Made by a program: the position numbers and the translations under genes
Assembly: GCA_030390025.1 (NCBI GenBank)
Contig: CM059432.1
Location: forward strand, 75,642,001-75,706,000
From: Squalus acanthias
Lineage: Eukaryota
Direction of reading: 5' to 3'
Length of the DNA stretch: 64,000 nt
Notes under the pieces: generated by a model
What the model was told of the DNA's origin: nothing
Seen by the model: the letters and a program-made list of their open reading frames with translations, nothing else
The model's database searches: none
In this document: piece by piece, positions 60,137-64,000 of the stretch
Numbering within the stretch: the stretch's first letter is position 1
Layout: each line of letters opens with the position of its first letter

Positions 60137-60893
60137 GAGGCAGAAATTCCGTTCCCTACGGGTGTGTACATGCTGTGTACTCACCCGTAGGGCCAACGGA
60201 AATGCCGGTTTTAGGCATGCACTGCGCATGCGCTGGAAACCGGCATTTCCGATCTGTCAAGAAAGCTCTTAACAGATCCTCCGGCTGCCCGGGAGAAGGG
60301 CCTCTGCGGGGGGAGAGTTCCGTTTTTTGGAGACCCTCCGCCCGCAGAAAACACTTACAATTCTTGCGCCTGGAAAAGCAGGCATAAGGCCTGCTTTTAC
60401 CAGGTTAAGAGTTGAAAAAAAGTTTAAAAAAAACGTTTCCACTGATTTATCATTTTAAAATACTTTAAAGAAAGGTAAGTTTATTTTTAGCCCCGTTAAA
60501 AACTTTAATTATTTTTTTCAAAAAATAAAATTTTTGTTTAAAATACTTAATTTATGTAATTTAAAGTCATTTTTAAAATGTGATTTAAAAAAAAAAATTA
60601 TTTAAAGTTTTACTATGTTTTGGGGGTGATTTCCATTCATATATTTGACAGGTCTTCCTGTCAAATGTATGAAGGGAGATTCGCTTCTCTGATTGGCTCC
60701 CCATGGCCCACGTGATCCCAGGGACGCTGCGAACCGCCTGCGCCTCTGGAATACGTGGACCCTGCGCACCGGCAGTTTGAAGAGGCCCAGCAACGGAACT
60801 CTGCGCCTCCTGGGAGCCCTCCGGTCTAGTCGCAGATTTTTCCAGATCGCAGCCCTCCGCCCGCGGGAGGCCTGCGAACCGAATTTCTGGGCC
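60137..60893. mobile_element. Harbinger-type MITE with AT-rich core
   Basis: Ends GAGGCAGAAATTCCGTTC and GGCCCAGAAATTCGGTTC, flanked by ATT/ATG. Confidence 0.7.
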
Positions 60894-61321
60894 ATGGTGT
60901 TTAAGCAAGGTCTTGTGTGATTGAATCCCTGTACCAGTACTCAAATGGTTACAAGCAAAATACTAGTGCCATGTATCAGCTTGAAGAATGGATCTGTCAA
61001 TGTATTACCAGAAATGGAAATATTTTCACATGACAATATCTGCTCAGTTTTGAGGCCTATTGGGATTATGTGTTTTGTCAAGCGTGTCTTCAAATTTCTA
61101 CTTCTTTGCCGAAAGGTTTTCAACTCAGAAATGGGAAAAATTGATTAAGATGTCATGATAAAGTAGGAGCATGCGGTACAGAGAGGCTTCTGTTTTTGAG
61201 AAAATGGGTAACTTTTGTCTCCTGCTCCGCTCAAAATATACCAGCAAACCCATCAAAATATGTCAGGCTAATTTGTTTTCTTACTGCTTTCATTTTCCTT
61301 TTTTTAATAATAAATTCTTCC

Positions 61322-61460
61322 CCAAGGGATTGGGTTACAGAGTGGTCATTTCAACTCTGAGATCTGAGTTTAAATCCAGCTCAGACTGATCAATGAAGCT
61401 CACCTCTCTCTCTGCTGGCTCGAACCCCTTTGTGAAATGAGAGTCTCAACTTGGATGTTT
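61322..61460 (+). mobile_element. Ancient tRNA-derived SINE relic (LF-SINE-like)
   Basis: GGGATTGG...TTTCAACTCTGAG...GAGTTTAAATCCAGCTCAG...TGTGAAATGAG resembles the recalled LF-SINE 5' part. Related minus-strand relic at 62265-62568. Confidence 0.45.
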
Positions 61461-62264
61461 GCCAATGGCACATAACTACCACTAAATGAGCAATCTTACT
61501 CCGAGAACCAACAAGGATGGCTGTAAGTGTCACCCTGGTGCAGTACAAAGTACTCTTCTGGAACTGGGGTTAATACATATGGTTGGATAGAGCACAAAAA
61601 GTTTATTTTGTACCTGACCTGGAAGTGCTTCCTGTTGACATAGGCAATCTGAAATGGGAAAATGTTAATTTCCAGTGTGCTGCCATACCTCTTCTCAATG
61701 AGCAAAATATAAAGTAAAAATTCCTGTATGGGGGAAGATTTCCTATTTACACGAGAATAAATTTGGTAATGCCTGCATTGTCAGCCTTGCACATAGCCAG
61801 CCCAAATCAAAAAATCGTGGGCAGCATGCCCGTAATTTTCTGGTACGTTGGCTGCATTAAGGTCTTGCCAGCACTGCACGGAATTTATCATCGTAGTGCA
61901 TTTATAAAGAACAGGTGCAGAGCTGGAATCTTCCGTCTATGTGTCAGCTTGTATCTTGCACCATTTACTTAGCAAGGAAACAACAGAGCAATCTGGTCCC
62001 AGGTCAGTGACAATGCCACTCTTGGAGGCCAGCAGGAGGTGAAGCCCTTTGAATTTCTCCCCCTTCTCTTGATGGCGGAGCTGAAACTGGGAAGTTATTA
62101 GTTGAGTAATTAATGGCCCACACCCATATCATACCTTGGTACAATGGAGTGTCACTAAAACTGACCGATTTTTAAATTTGGGCCATCTTAAAGGGTTTAT
62201 GTTTATGAAGGTCAGGGATGTTAGTGCTGGAGAATAAAACACTTTCTAACTTTTTTGAATATAT

Positions 62265-62568
62265 TGTCAGTGTCAAGCAATCCCAGGTCAAATATGCGAT
62301 GGGTTAAATGTAAGCTCTCTCTGCACTACCCTAACAAAGTGCCTTAAATTCAACTTCAAACGCGGCCAGCCTCCTGTATCAGTGTGATAATTCTCACACC
62401 AGCCAATCTCGTGACCTCTCTGAGTGACACTGGTGATTTAGTACCAACCTAGAACCAAATTATGTGTAATTATGAGCACGCCAAATTCATTTCATTGAGT
62501 ACCTTTAAAATCGGGGAAACTTTCACTCCATCAGTCCAGGCTGGATTCAAACCCAGGTATGAAATGAT
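62265..62568 (-). mobile_element. Ancient SINE relic (LF-SINE-like)
   Basis: Minus strand has B-box GGGTTTGAATCCAGCC, then ATGAAATGAA and CTCAGAGAGG blocks. Confidence 0.45.
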
Positions 62569-62964
62569 AGTGCAATAAAACTCTGTATTACGCAGTCCTC
62601 CTTTAATGCTTTTAAAATAAGTACCCTAGATAGCAGCCTGGGGCAATAGCAAAGAAAATTAAATACTCTAGATAGAAAATTCAGTGATGTGACTGAGCAG
62701 GCCTGACTGAGTTAATTTTCGAACTTTAACTTCAGTATTGATGTACATCTAGAGACAGTTCTACTTCGCAGTTCTGCCTATGCAATCTACAGTACTAAAC
62801 CAAAACTGAATTGATTGATATCCTCAATCAATGACAAATGCAATGATGTCTACCTACCAAAGGAAAACAAAATCCTATTGCAGAGGACAGAAGACAATAT
62901 TCTGACAGACTCAAAAGAAACCAATTACATTCAGCTGCTCTCAGTCATTTTCCTACATGTTAAA

Positions 62965-63400
62965 GCTTCCCTGATGGCCCAGCAAGTTTATCTGATGTTC
63001 AAGTGAGCTTGACAAAGCAGGAGGTTTCCAGGTTTGTGCTACATTAGCTGTTCTCAGCCAAAAGGTGCTATAATTAAGCTGAAAGTTAGTGAGAGGGAAG
63101 GTCCCAGCTTTGATCTGTAGTTTGTGTTAAATCAGCTGATCTGAACGGGGAGGGGTTCATTTCAATTGACCTCAGTATTTTGGAAAAAAATCAGCTGGTG
63201 TTTCCACTCCTGATCATTATCCAGTAACGTCTGCTGGAAGTGCACATGAATGGACATCAGTTGAAAACGGAAACGGGCTTATTATGATGTCCCTGCAGCG
63301 GAATAGCCCACTAATTGTCATTGTCAAGACAAATAAAAAATTACACTTGCACAAGGTACTGGAGGGCAGCTGGCACTCAAGGAGCAGCATTCTCCAGCAA
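62965..63400 (+). mobile_element. Ancient SINE relic (possibly UCON3-like)
   Basis: TGTGTTAAATCAGCTGATCT...AAAATCAGC...CTCCTGATCATTATCCAGT; a similar block lies at 6265-6345. Family name from memory only. Confidence 0.35.
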
Positions 63401-64000
63401 TTTAGTGGCCTCTCTGAGTGAGACTGTTAACTTAGTACCAATATCGAGGCGAGGAGGGAAATGATGAGAAGAAAAAATGACCTTGATGTGCCTGTTACCT
63501 TTGAAGAACCCTTTACAGCACAATCTATGCATTTAAGAGGTGACAATCCTTTCTTTTCTAACTTCAGCAATGAAGTAAACAGTGTAGTTGGCACTTTTTA
63601 CTCATGTCTACTTTTTCATTCAAATTAATGAAGACAGAAATTTCACCCTCTTGGTTGGAAAGTACCTTTTAATCCCCTGATTAATTTTAAACTTGTGCTG
63701 TTAGAATACAAAAATAGATTCGAAGACTTTTTATCTTGGAGACCTAAATGTATTATTAGGCTGTCAGAGTGAGCAGCCCAAAGTCTGTGAACATTTTTCT
63801 TAAATCTAATAAATATTAAAAGCACATGGAGGATATATAACTGCATTGCTTAAATGTACCACTATGGTTCAAGGAATTTCTGTCGATGGATTAGTCTCTC
63901 AAAGATGACCTCTAACCATCTGCCCTGATAAACAGGCCTGAGATACAGGATTGCTATAATATTCTGAGAAGACTTTCCCTGTCACAATGTTAACTTGTAT

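Noticed and set aside
1..64000. piRNA-cluster or TE-trap interpretation of the high TE density
   Set aside because: Insert orientations are mixed, and such density may be ordinary for a large shark genome. Small-RNA data would be needed.

Overview
Eukaryotic, repeat-dominated DNA, most likely from a cartilaginous fish (shark). This is inferred from HE1-like V-SINEs, Deu-domain SINEs, CR1 LINEs and LF-SINE-like relics. No recognisable host protein-coding gene was found. The window holds more than 15 PIF/Harbinger DNA transposons and MITEs from several families. One of them (40994-45216) is a near-intact 4.2-kb autonomous-type copy with a DDE transposase and a spliced Myb/SANT partner gene. There are also CR1 LINE fragments, SINEs, a pogo/Tigger-like MITE, a 40-bp minisatellite and a 1.2-kb tandem duplication. 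The most unusual signal is a second LINE family. Its full-length copies begin with a tRNA-derived (Pol III type) head placed directly in front of a single endonuclease-RT ORF, with no ORF1. Its sense strand almost completely lacks TTTT Pol III terminators, and an ORF-less derivative is present as a SINE at 14420-14810. A second signal is a shared palindromic target-site preference (about RACAC-NWN-GTGTY) across the Harbinger families. All calls were made by eye. Family names come from recalled motifs, not database searches.
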